Shown: piece after piece, positions 1 to 9,636 of the stretch
Layout: every line of letters begins with the position of its first letter
Numbering within the stretch: the first letter of the stretch is position 1
Source of the DNA: a virus
Reading direction: 5' to 3' (one strand)
Length of the DNA: 64,000 bases
Virus record (IMG/VR): IMGVR_UViG_3300025849_000025
Location: 16,100 to 80,099 of that record
Made by a program: the position numbers and the translations under genes
Notes under the pieces: model-generated
Databases searched by the model: none
What the model saw: only the letters and a program-made list of their open reading frames with translations
What the model was told of the DNA's origin: nothing

Positions 1-1208
1 ATAACCCCAAGATGTGAGTAAGTGTTCGTTGCACCAATTCTATTGTTATTGGCTTCTGTGATATAGCCATAGAGTAGGATATGGCGACAATGCATTTCAT
101 CAATCATGTTCCATCCATGACCACCCTTTGGAGAAAGAACTGGTCTTAGAATAGCTCTTACGTCAATAGAAATCGGGTCTTCTGGATCAAAGTCAAATGT
201 AGGATCAGTAATCGATGCTGTCACATTTGTGTAACCAGAACCTTGTTCTAGAATCAACAGAGAAGAAATGTTGCCATTTATGACATTAGGAAGCGCCTTC
301 GCACCAGTACCGTCACCTTTTATAACACACGTTGGTACGATAGTAAATGTGGAGCCATTCAACACACCATCAGCGAGAGGTGTTCCCTCAACTCCAATCT
401 TACCGTATTGAACTCCTATTTGAAATTCGTAAGAGGTGATCACGTAAAGGTTTGACGGTCCACCATCTGGGTTAGTCACATATATCGACATGCCAGTGTA
501 GAAGTTTTTGATTTGATTTATACCTGTGGCTCTTACTGTTAATGTACCATCGTTACTAGGAGCCGCCATGAGGAAGCCACTGATAGATGGGTATCCAGCA
601 TTGTCAACAGGATTTTCAACGAAAATATCACTAATTTCTGAGCCATAAACAACATTGTTAGCATCAGCATTTGGGTCTGGATTGACTACTACATCAGCCG
701 CAAGAGGAATAAAACCAACTGCGTTGTATGCTTCGAATTCTGATGGGGTGATTGCATACATAAACTTCCAAACATAATTGTCGGCTGTTCTGTATATTTG
801 CCCTTCAGTGAATGGGTTCCAGTTTGGGGGTGCTGTAGATTTTCCGTCGTTATTATTGAACAAGCATTTGAACACACGATAATCGCCAGTGTCATTGTTT
901 GTAGGTCCGACAACTGAATAGAACTTTTCGTCAGTCATATCCTTCTGGTCGTCGTACTGAACGTAAACTTGATCTTTCTGCCAAGGATGGTACTTGATCA
1001 TGAATTTAGTATCTGAACCAAGAACTTTCTTACCAAAAACTGTATTTTCTAAAAATTGATTTTTACTGCCTTGGGAGTCAGTCGCAGAGATACGATCCGT
1101 ACCTTGAAATACAGAAGATACGAATACATAAAAATCATTATCTAAAATGTCTGCATAGAACATTCTAGTTGTATCACTTTTTAATTTACTTGTCAATACC
1201 TCAGTCAT
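1..1208 (-). CDS. gp8: Baseplate wedge subunit, T4 gp8-like (runs off the left edge; not in ORF track)
   Basis: Manual translation from ATG 1208: MTEVLTSKLKSDTTRMFY...YHPWQKDQVYVQYDD...YRVFKCLFNNN...TADNYVWKFMY. The V(F/Y)KCLxNN and DxYxWKFMY motifs are typical of gp8. Late promoter at 1234-1241. Confidence 0.8.
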   Translation of the reverse strand, partial: MTEVLTSKLKSDTTRMFYADILDNDFYVFVSSVFQGTDRISATDSQGSKNQFLENTVFGKKVLGSDTKFMIKYHPWQKDQVYVQYDDQKDMTDEKFYSVVGPTNNDTGDYRVFKCLFNNNDGKSTAPPNWNPFTEGQIYRTADNYVWKFMYAITPSEFEAYNAVGFIPLAADVVVNPDPNADANNVVYGSEISDIFVENPVDNAGYPSISGFLMAAPSNDGTLTVRATGINQIKNFYTGMSIYVTNPDGGPSNLYVITSYEFQIGVQYGKIGVEGTPLADGVLNGSTFTIVPTCVIKGDGTGAKALPNVINGNISSLLILEQGSGYTNVTASITDPTFDFDPEDPISIDVRAILRPVLSPKGGHGWNMIDEMHCRHILLYGYITEANNNRIGATNTYSHLGV

Positions 1209-1233
1209 ATCACCTGCACCTGTTCTTTTCTAA

Positions 1234-1241
1234 TATTTATA
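1234..1241 (-). promoter_or_regulatory. T4-type late promoter TATAAATA upstream of gp8
   Basis: Exact TATAAATA on the minus strand, 26 nt upstream of the ATG. Confidence 0.75.
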
Positions 1242-1251
1242 AGCAATTGCA

Positions 1252-3828
1252 TCAACCTCTTCTACGAATACGTGGACGTGGGTGTGTTTTTCCAGAAGTT
1301 GGTCTTTTTCTAAAGTTTTTTTGGGGAAAAGTTGTTCCAGTAATTGCTCTTTGGTTAATCCATCTCAAGTATTTATTCGGAGCGCCTTGAAGACTATCTC
1401 TATCCATTGGATCATCTGCTTCAGTGTCAGCCATTTGATCTGAATTGGCGTTATCTATAAGCCATTGCTGAGCCTCTGCTTGTGTCATATTAGGCCAACT
1501 CTCTGCCAAAATAGCAACAACACCAGCAACCTGAGGTCCTGACATACTCGTTCCTTGATACTTACCAAGATCATAATTGTCATCTCTAGGATCATCGACA
1601 CCACCAGACAACAAACTACTTTGGATGCCTTCACCAGCAGCGAAAATATCTACCTGATTACCACAGTTACTAAAGTTAGCCTTGTCTTCATTGACATCAT
1701 TCGATGTTGCGCCAACGTTAATTACAGGGGCATAACCTGCACCAGAACCAGTACCTCTGTGCAAATTCCAAGTATAATCAAAGCCATTGAAAACCATGTT
1801 ATATGTATTATTATAATCTTGATCAGATGAGTTTACTGTCTTCCAAGAAGCATTACCAGCAGATGCAACAATAATAATGCCATCATCAATAGCATCTTGC
1901 ATATCAGCATTGCGAGAGGTGAAGTAGTTTGGGATGTCCATCTGTAGAGTTGGAGCGTAAAACCCACGATCACGTAATTCTTGCGTTGTCAAAGAACGAC
2001 CTGGGTTAAAGTCAGTCCCACGATAGTTTGCCCTTGTAACTTGACCTGTTGTGTAACTACCATTGTAATTTGTCGTGATAGTAGAGCCATAACTGTTGTT
2101 TGTAACAGTAGGATTTCTACGACCAGTCTCTGGATTAATAGGTTTGCTATTATGCCAAGCACGTATATAATCCCACATAAGCGACGATGAGAGCGAGTTT
2201 GGGTTAGTACCATACGGACTTATATTATAGATGTCTGCGTCTCTAGCCCACCCCTGTGAGTTCCCAGCGACTGTTCCTGCGCAGTGTGTGCCATGGTTGT
2301 TATCACCTGTTCTTTCAGCGTTGCCACTGTCAATGTAAGGTGTATATGTGTAAGTCCCATTACTACCACCAGTCACTGAATTTGTCAATGAGAACCAGTT
2401 GAATTGTTTTACACGAGATGACACAGCATAACCAGAAACGCCTGCATCGTTATCTTGGAATATACTTCTTAATGTAGTGAAGTTTGGCTTTGTCAACACT
2501 GGATCGATGTATGTATTAAACAGAGCATATCCTAATGGGTTGTACGTCTGAATATTACTTGGCGTTCTCATAGTGTCAGCCCATTCTGGTGCGAGACTAC
2601 CCCCATCCCAGAATTCACTCATCTCCCACATATTAAAGTTAAGAAGATATAGATATTCTTTGTAAGCTACTTCTGCTTGTTCAGCATTTGTATTCCAGTT
2701 AGGTGCATAATCTGTAGGATCAAAGTAACTACCATTAATAGCTTCTGACATAGCAAGATGTAAAGCTGTATTAGCAAAACCAGAGTTTTCAGATGCAACC
2801 CAATTCAATGCTACGTCTGAACCATCAACCGCACCTGGCAAACCAAATAAATGGATTGTGTGCATAAGGTGTTCTACGATTTCTTCCACATCAGTATCAC
2901 CAACAGATGGTGACGGACCAGAAACGTTTCTATACCAAACCATATCGTTATGAACGTGTGTATCTAAGAAATTTTGATACCCCACATAAGAGTTAATGTT
3001 TTCATCAAGCAAGAAGTTTGGTTCATACTGTCCACCGCCGCCATAAGCAACACGTTGTGCTGTAGGTAAACCTGCATGCGTAGTGCCTGGCTCTCCTTTT
3101 AGAGTGGATATTAATTTCTTTTGAGCATCTAAGTTGACATTGTTGCCATCTGGATCGATCATTAGATCGACAACCCTTGCTGTCTTTCTAGCCCATTCAT
3201 CTGGTACAGCAATTTGACCACCAGCAGCACCTGCAATAACAATTTTTAACCCATTGACAGTAACTGACCTATCAAATAATGCACTGTTTGTGTTGTCGTT
3301 TACTAAGTTGCCTTTGAAGTGTGCTGTCTCTCTTGGTTTAAATTCTGGATGTGCTGGGTCGATGTGTCCATCAACAATAACAACATCAACATTTTTACCT
3401 GAGGCAGTGACTGTTAGATCATCAATGTAAGTATTAGTTCCGTTAGAACCCCAATTAGCTCTGTTGGCATCTTCGCTGTGTCTCAACAATCCCCAGTTGT
3501 GGTCTGTTGCGTCTGTAAACCAATCCTTTGAGAATTTCTCGTTTACCATTTTCCAACCAGCAGGTCTTGTGGTAAGATCAATCATCTCAGCAAGTTCGAC
3601 GTCCCATACTCTAGGATCGTTCTTCAACTCTTGTGCTTCTTCGTGAGTTAGCATGTAATGCGTGTTACGGCTTATTACTCTTCTGTTTGCAACTTCAACA
3701 GCACGTTTTGGAAAAGAAGGCTCAACGTCATATACATGAGCCGCACTTTCCTGCGCTTCAATGTCACCATAGAATTCTTCGAGATCATCCTTGTTATGCA
3801 AGGTGACGATATACTCATGCAACGGCAT
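1252..3828 (-). CDS. Subtilisin-like (S8) serine protease with a ~300-aa inserted domain
   Basis: Catalytic triad motifs VIVDGHID, NHGTHCAGTVAG and GTSMSGPQVAG; oxyanion ASAGN; N-terminal propeptide-like region. Confidence 0.85.
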   Translation of the reverse strand: MPLHEYIVTLHNKDDLEEFYGDIEAQESAAHVYDVEPSFPKRAVEVANRRVISRNTHYMLTHEEAQELKNDPRVWDVELAEMIDLTTRPAGWKMVNEKFSKDWFTDATDHNWGLLRHSEDANRANWGSNGTNTYIDDLTVTASGKNVDVVIVDGHIDPAHPEFKPRETAHFKGNLVNDNTNSALFDRSVTVNGLKIVIAGAAGGQIAVPDEWARKTARVVDLMIDPDGNNVNLDAQKKLISTLKGEPGTTHAGLPTAQRVAYGGGGQYEPNFLLDENINSYVGYQNFLDTHVHNDMVWYRNVSGPSPSVGDTDVEEIVEHLMHTIHLFGLPGAVDGSDVALNWVASENSGFANTALHLAMSEAINGSYFDPTDYAPNWNTNAEQAEVAYKEYLYLLNFNMWEMSEFWDGGSLAPEWADTMRTPSNIQTYNPLGYALFNTYIDPVLTKPNFTTLRSIFQDNDAGVSGYAVSSRVKQFNWFSLTNSVTGGSNGTYTYTPYIDSGNAERTGDNNHGTHCAGTVAGNSQGWARDADIYNISPYGTNPNSLSSSLMWDYIRAWHNSKPINPETGRRNPTVTNNSYGSTITTNYNGSYTTGQVTRANYRGTDFNPGRSLTTQELRDRGFYAPTLQMDIPNYFTSRNADMQDAIDDGIIIVASAGNASWKTVNSSDQDYNNTYNMVFNGFDYTWNLHRGTGSGAGYAPVINVGATSNDVNEDKANFSNCGNQVDIFAAGEGIQSSLLSGGVDDPRDDNYDLGKYQGTSMSGPQVAGVVAILAESWPNMTQAEAQQWLIDNANSDQMADTEADDPMDRDSLQGAPNKYLRWINQRAITGTTFPQKNFRKRPTSGKTHPRPRIRRRG

Positions 3829-3829
3829 A

Positions 3830-4405
3830 TTATGCCTCCAATTGAAGTACGTTTAATGTGACAACAACCGTTCCCGCCGATCCAGATTTGTTAGTAACTG
3901 CACATGGAATATTAGTTGTTGGAGTTGCTTCCATGTTAAAACCCATTGCAGATGGAGACATCAAAACAGTCTCTGCACCTGTTGTGATTACCTCTGCGAT
4001 AACACCAGCATCTGGTGATGGGTCTGCCGTCTCAAGTCTGGATGCATCGGAAGTTCTGCTTGTACCGTTTGAATAAATTCTCACCCAAGCCGCTTTGTCA
4101 GTTGTGATCGATAGTAGTGCGTATCCTTTAAAGCCTACGATATCAAGATTGTTTGTAGCACCATCAGCCAATGAAGGTGTGGTTCCTACTTTACTTGATC
4201 TTGACTGAAGACTTGAACCTTCACTTCCACCACCGCCACCAGTAAATTCTGAACCGTTGACATAGATTGCGCCTGTAATATTCACCCCAGCGGCAGTCGT
4301 TTCCATTTTATTCACACCGCTGTGTGTCAAGATAACAGAGTTTGCCGTTGCGTTGACAATGATTTTGTCGTTATTATAGTTATTAATGTTCATTGGTTTT
4401 GCCAT
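3830..4405 (-). CDS. Virion structural or fibre-associated protein
   Basis: G/S/T-rich; KMETTAAGVNITG fibre-type motif; lies in the baseplate operon. Confidence 0.5.
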   Translation of the reverse strand: MAKPMNINNYNNDKIIVNATANSVILTHSGVNKMETTAAGVNITGAIYVNGSEFTGGGGGSEGSSLQSRSSKVGTTPSLADGATNNLDIVGFKGYALLSITTDKAAWVRIYSNGTSRTSDASRLETADPSPDAGVIAEVITTGAETVLMSPSAMGFNMEATPTTNIPCAVTNKSGSAGTVVVTLNVLQLEA

Positions 4406-4406
4406 C

Positions 4407-5156
4407 TTAGTATCCTGACGCTGTTACGAATATTGGAACACTTGTATAGGTAATTTGACCTACACATCTCACGAAAGTGTTATTAGGTATGCCTGAGTTT
4501 GGAGCCTTGACTGTAACAGTAAATGTTATTACACCATTATTAACTGTCTCTGCAACTTCTACACTATTGAATATATCTTCAGAACCTACACCCATTTCCA
4601 TGACATCATATGTTCCACCTTCTACACGGCTGAACAAAACTTCCATCGTTCTGTATTCATCGTTCCCATTAGTATTAGCTATTAGAGTTAGAAGAATTTT
4701 ACCGCCACTCGTATATCTGTCCAATATTTTGGTATACACAACACCAAGAATTTCACTGTTGGCAACGTTAGATGGTGGGATGACATCCTGTAGTGTCGCA
4801 GAAATTGTATCGTTTATGACAAAGGGGATTACTTGGTCAAGACTGTTTACCTGTCCGTATGTAAACGAACCTGTGACTGTACTATCTTGGATTGAAACCG
4901 CACCAACCTGATCAACGAAAGAGAAATTACCACTTCCGTCAGTAGCCAAAATTTGGTTGTTCGAGCCATCCGTGATACTAAAATCTTCGATGCTCGTTGG
5001 CTTATCAGACAAATCAGTATAACTACCAGAAAATGCCGCCGCATCAGCGTTATACAATTCGGTGAAGTTTGCATTTACCTTTTGGAATGCGTTTCTTAAC
5101 GGATCGCCTGTACCGTCGTTATCGGCAGTACCTGTATTTACAATTTGCTTAGCCAT
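4407..5156 (-). CDS. Baseplate wedge/tail-fibre connector with gp9/gp10-like N-terminus
   Basis: MAKQIVNTGTADNDGTGDPLRNAFQKVNANFTELY is the T4 gp9/gp10 N-terminal motif. Confidence 0.7.
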   Translation of the reverse strand: MAKQIVNTGTADNDGTGDPLRNAFQKVNANFTELYNADAAAFSGSYTDLSDKPTSIEDFSITDGSNNQILATDGSGNFSFVDQVGAVSIQDSTVTGSFTYGQVNSLDQVIPFVINDTISATLQDVIPPSNVANSEILGVVYTKILDRYTSGGKILLTLIANTNGNDEYRTMEVLFSRVEGGTYDVMEMGVGSEDIFNSVEVAETVNNGVITFTVTVKAPNSGIPNNTFVRCVGQITYTSVPIFVTASGY

Positions 5157-5191
5157 GTTTGCTCCTAAAGTCTTTTTACTTATTTATCTGT

Positions 5192-7429
5192 TTATACTAC
5201 GTCAGCTTTGAGGTTAACTGTATCTACAGAAATAGTAGTTCTATCTGATGAGTATTTAATTGCTACGTCTGGTTGGTTCGGACCCACGATCTCAGGTCCA
5301 CCAATTAGTTGGTCTTCTTTCTTAGAAACATAGAACCTATGTCCCAAACCAACTTCTGCTTTCTTCTTGTAAACGAACCTACCAAAAAGTCTCGTACCAG
5401 CAAGGTGGACGTTCTTTTTAAGAGTTTCTTCGTATACGCTAAGATCAACCGTGGATAAAATTTCATATGAGAATTCTTGGTATAGATTACTGTCGTGTAT
5501 TTTATTGCGAGAGTCGTAATATTTACCGTCTTTGTAACCGTTGATATGACTTGTTTCGCTACCCCAGAAACCTGCTGTAATGCCTTGAGAATCAGCTTTG
5601 AGTGTGCCTCTTGCTTGTTTCTCGCCAGCATCGTTTACAAGGAAAACAGTTTCGCCATCTAGGTAACCAAACCCAGAATTGTTAACCTTAACTGCCGAAA
5701 TTCTTCCTGTGGCAAACTGCGTTTTCGATCTCATATCCGCATTAGCGCCAAATGCTTCTGATGTGTAATCTCTTTCAGATGCCGTGACACTATAGCTAGT
5801 ACCCTTGTGTTGAATAGGAGTTGTTTCAAAACCATAATAAGCATAAGGTCTGACTTTAATAAAAGAACGATCTGTATCGATGCCTGTGATAACACCATTC
5901 ACTCCACTGTCAGATTGTGATATTGCATCACCAACAGAGAACGAAGCACTAAGAACTGGCATGATTAGAATTTGCTCATATCTATCAAATGCAATCATAA
6001 CTGGATCGCGCACTAACGAGAACACGTCGTTTGTATAGTCTTCGCCTGGGTTGACGTTCACAAATGAATCAATAGTACCAATTTCAAATGGCGAGAGGTT
6101 GAATGCTTGATTTAAAGGTGTGCTTAAATTAACTGGATCAGCCGTGCCGCTCATTGTTGCTGTTGCTGGGGGATCGTTATAATTCGTTGCATCAATTGCA
6201 ACTGACAAAAATGGTGACATCAAATCAGTAATTAGATTAACAGTTTCAATATTGGAAAGGCTCTCTACCTTAACATCAGTGTCTAAAGTAGTGTCTGGAT
6301 ACAAATCACCTGGAGAGCTATTGTTCTTTGCAGAAACTGTGTAGATGCCGCTGATAGTCACGTTTGGTGTTCTATCTAATGTAGTAATAGCTCTGCTAAT
6401 ATTAAACTCATCCCCATCATCCATCTTAATACCAACGGCTGATGCGTTCTGACCAATTACTGTACCTATGTTGCCACCAGTGTCAGTAAGTCTTTCCATG
6501 TTTGTAAAGCTAAAGTCTGGGTTGTCCAACACAAGAACTTGATTAGAGACTTCTAGTCTAGTATTCTGTATCGTATAACCAAAGCCCCCATCTGTCAATG
6601 TGTAATCAACGATGCCTGTAAATTCGTCTTCGGTATCAGTTACGATAACTTTACCGCCATTACCATATTCACTTTCAATAGAGAATTGATCACCGATAGC
6701 ATTACCTGTCGTACCACCATAATCCAAGTCGATGTGCATTGCCGAAGCAGAACCATTCAAAACACCAAACGAAATGTCTTGACCATCAATTCTAGCCATG
6801 ATATTATCGTACTTGGCAAACATACCTCTTACGTTAGTAAGATAGAGGATTGGAGTTAGTGTTCCGTTTAATAGAATGAAGTTAATCTTATCTACAGCCG
6901 CCTTAGCATTTGACGTAGAACCTACAATATTCTTAGCTAATAGATCACTGTACTGGTAATAGACATCATCATCTCTTCCATAGAAAACCCCACTATTAGG
7001 AACCATCTGAAGATATGTACCAGTCTGCCATTTAGAGTCGGATGGTTTCAAAACAAATTGTGCTGGATTGTTGATCTCAACATCTTCGTCATAAAAAAGT
7101 CTAAAGAATATAATGATACCACTCTCAGAACCTTTTCTTCTGTAAAGGTCTAAGATGTTCTTAACTACAATTCTTACACTAGAGTCTTCGAGCATTGGAA
7201 GATCGCTCAAGAACTTCTTCTGGAAGAAAATAATCATACTATTAAGAGTAGTCGAAATATCTCTATATTCAAACATACGTCTTGAGTTGTAGATACCCTG
7301 ATTAGGTGTAGTTTCTAAGAACTCATAGTAGTCCTGTACAAGCTGAACCAACTCAGCATTTTCCTCACGATATATCGCAGGAAACTGTTGAGGTATCTTA
7401 AATGCTATTTTCTTTTCGATTTCTGACAT
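5192..7429 (-). CDS. Baseplate wedge protein, gp7-like
   Basis: Follows gp6; LYRRKGSE near the N-terminus; C-terminal IHDSNLYQEFSYEI...VHLAGTRLFG. Confidence 0.65.
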   Translation of the reverse strand: MSEIEKKIAFKIPQQFPAIYREENAELVQLVQDYYEFLETTPNQGIYNSRRMFEYRDISTTLNSMIIFFQKKFLSDLPMLEDSSVRIVVKNILDLYRRKGSESGIIIFFRLFYDEDVEINNPAQFVLKPSDSKWQTGTYLQMVPNSGVFYGRDDDVYYQYSDLLAKNIVGSTSNAKAAVDKINFILLNGTLTPILYLTNVRGMFAKYDNIMARIDGQDISFGVLNGSASAMHIDLDYGGTTGNAIGDQFSIESEYGNGGKVIVTDTEDEFTGIVDYTLTDGGFGYTIQNTRLEVSNQVLVLDNPDFSFTNMERLTDTGGNIGTVIGQNASAVGIKMDDGDEFNISRAITTLDRTPNVTISGIYTVSAKNNSSPGDLYPDTTLDTDVKVESLSNIETVNLITDLMSPFLSVAIDATNYNDPPATATMSGTADPVNLSTPLNQAFNLSPFEIGTIDSFVNVNPGEDYTNDVFSLVRDPVMIAFDRYEQILIMPVLSASFSVGDAISQSDSGVNGVITGIDTDRSFIKVRPYAYYGFETTPIQHKGTSYSVTASERDYTSEAFGANADMRSKTQFATGRISAVKVNNSGFGYLDGETVFLVNDAGEKQARGTLKADSQGITAGFWGSETSHINGYKDGKYYDSRNKIHDSNLYQEFSYEILSTVDLSVYEETLKKNVHLAGTRLFGRFVYKKKAEVGLGHRFYVSKKEDQLIGGPEIVGPNQPDVAIKYSSDRTTISVDTVNLKADVV

Positions 7430-9219
7430 TATTTCATCTCAATTAGATTGATTGTTACGTCTGTGTCTTTCACAGTAAATATTCTACCATTCGGGGCAGT
7501 AATATCGTTCTTTACTGTACTAGCCATGAATTTAATACCAGAACCAGTATATCCGTCTGTGATGAAGCCCACCAAGTTGACTTCTCCTGTATCGTAGTCT
7601 ACAGTACCAATAGAAGGCTTAACCACTTTAGGGTTAGCAACATCACTCGTAATGATTTGAATTTTGCCAACACCATCATCTTGCAAGTAAACATTTGATC
7701 CGTTATACGAGAATACACCAGTTTTAATTGCTGGTTTGTATGTCTCAAATCCTCTTTCCTCATCAAAAGGATAAGGTTTGATCAACTTAGCAACAAATTT
7801 AAATGTTGGATTTAGAGATACGTTAGTTGCTGGAGAGTATTCGATGTAAGGCATTACAGAAATGTCGTTACTTGTCACAGAAATGTCGATATTGTCTATT
7901 GCCGCTGAAAGGGCAGAAACTCTTAACTGAGTATTGAAGTCATCAAGATACTGTGTGTTATAATCCGCAATGGCATTTCTCGCTAGTGTTTCGATGTCAC
8001 CAGAAGACTTGCGTGTTAGCTTAGGATTGTAATACAAGTCAACAACCGCACAACCATACATGAATTTAGTTGCAACGAATATAGGTTCAATTGCAAGTGG
8101 ACTTCTTTCTCTAAGATATTCAATATATGTATTTGAAAGTGTGTTAGAAAGACTTTCTTGTCCTTGTCCAAGGTATACAGAAATAGCAACCTTACCAAAC
8201 TTTGGTGGGTCAAGGTCTTCACCGCCATAAGCCGCAACTGCTTGGATTTCTGGGAATTGTGTTTTCAAAAGAATTTCGTAATCAGATGTTGTAACCGCAC
8301 GTTCTTGAATTTGCAAACTTTTGGGGGCAAAGTATCTAATGCTTTCGATGCTTTCTCTCTCAGCACCACCAGCAGCATTTTGCGTGGTTGTCACTACGGC
8401 ACTACCGAAGCTAGTAGCCATTGAGAATGACTTAGCACCGTTACCTTCAGTACCAGAAGTAATTCTGTATCTTACTCTAATGTCCTCAAACTCTTCTGGT
8501 TGGAAGCCAAAAACATTGTTTCCGAAATAAATTGTATAACGACCATCGTAATATGGTTCGATGTAGAATACTTTATCTGTTGCCCCAACACCAAAGATGT
8601 CATTCTTACGCAAGAATACGTTTTCGTTTTCTGTAGCTTCAGCGTCAACAAACACTGCAATGGATTCTGTGTCAGAATTTTCATTCGAGAGTACCACACG
8701 TAGGATACCATCTTCGTCAACAAAGAAGCCTTCACGTTCGAAACTCGCCAACATTTGACCTTCAAAGATTTCTACGTTCTCTGCTACGAATGTATTAGGC
8801 GCAGTTTTCTTAGCAACATATGCTTGATTAGTAACAAACTCAAAGTTTTCACCATTGTGTATGGTTGTAAATGGCTGATACTGTGGTATCGTAATAGATT
8901 GTCCTGTCGCTGTCGAATCTGTGAATGTAACTGCCACAACAGCTTTTGCTGATCTTCGGCTTCGTGGAAGGTAGTTCAATTCTTTGGCATGTGAAACAAC
9001 AGAGTTGCGCATCACGGCAGAGTCAAGGAACATCTCGTTAATTGCCATGTTGGTATAGAAGTTGTTTTGGAATGTGTTGTAAGCCAAGACGTCAAGCATC
9101 ACAGACATGTTCGACCCATCGAAGTTATAGTCTTTGAACTGTGTCTGAGTTTGCAGATAATCTTTGAATTGTTCCTTTACTGCTTCAAAGTCTAATTCTG
9201 AAATGTTTAGCTTAACCAT
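7429..9219 (-). CDS. gp6: Baseplate wedge subunit gp6
   Basis: LDFEAVK...FKDYNFDGSNMSVMLDVLAYNT...NEMFLDSA; QERAVTTSDY. Confidence 0.92.
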   Translation of the reverse strand: MVKLNISELDFEAVKEQFKDYLQTQTQFKDYNFDGSNMSVMLDVLAYNTFQNNFYTNMAINEMFLDSAVMRNSVVSHAKELNYLPRSRRSAKAVVAVTFTDSTATGQSITIPQYQPFTTIHNGENFEFVTNQAYVAKKTAPNTFVAENVEIFEGQMLASFEREGFFVDEDGILRVVLSNENSDTESIAVFVDAEATENENVFLRKNDIFGVGATDKVFYIEPYYDGRYTIYFGNNVFGFQPEEFEDIRVRYRITSGTEGNGAKSFSMATSFGSAVVTTTQNAAGGAERESIESIRYFAPKSLQIQERAVTTSDYEILLKTQFPEIQAVAAYGGEDLDPPKFGKVAISVYLGQGQESLSNTLSNTYIEYLRERSPLAIEPIFVATKFMYGCAVVDLYYNPKLTRKSSGDIETLARNAIADYNTQYLDDFNTQLRVSALSAAIDNIDISVTSNDISVMPYIEYSPATNVSLNPTFKFVAKLIKPYPFDEERGFETYKPAIKTGVFSYNGSNVYLQDDGVGKIQIITSDVANPKVVKPSIGTVDYDTGEVNLVGFITDGYTGSGIKFMASTVKNDITAPNGRIFTVKDTDVTINLIEMK

Positions 9220-9636
9220 TTATCTGGTCCTCTCTAAAAATACATCAACTGATATAGGTTGTTGATTATTTAAAATATAAAATTGAATTCTAATTCTGAC
9301 TACATTATCGTCTAGGTTTGACGAAACTTCCACATCAATTATCTCTGCCCTTGGTTCGTGCAACTCAAGGGTTGTGCGTACTTGGTCTTCGATTAGAGTC
9401 AAAACTCCTGGAGTGATGTTCTCGAACAACATAGCTCTAAGATTGCCGCCAATTGTTGGTTGCATAAGTCTTTCGCCACGATCAGTGAGAAGAATGTTTC
9501 GTATAGATTCCTTAACACTATCTTCATCTTTGAATACTGTTAAGTCTTGAGACAATGGGCTGATCTCAAGGTCTTTCTTGAAATCAGAATAAATTGAAAT
9601 CTTCTTCTGTCTATTTGATATTAAATTTACTACCAT
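9220..9636 (-). CDS. gp25: Baseplate wedge subunit gp25
   Basis: SIRNILLTDRGERLMQPTIG...LFE...HEPR; start codon uncertain (9636 or 9648). Confidence 0.9.
   Translation of the reverse strand: MVVNLISNRQKKISIYSDFKKDLEISPLSQDLTVFKDEDSVKESIRNILLTDRGERLMQPTIGGNLRAMLFENITPGVLTLIEDQVRTTLELHEPRAEIIDVEVSSNLDDNVVRIRIQFYILNNQQPISVDVFLERTR

Noticed and set aside
2425-3330. Intein in the S8 protease
   Set aside because: No Cys/Ser start block, no His-Asn end and no LAGLIDADG motif; treated as a domain insertion
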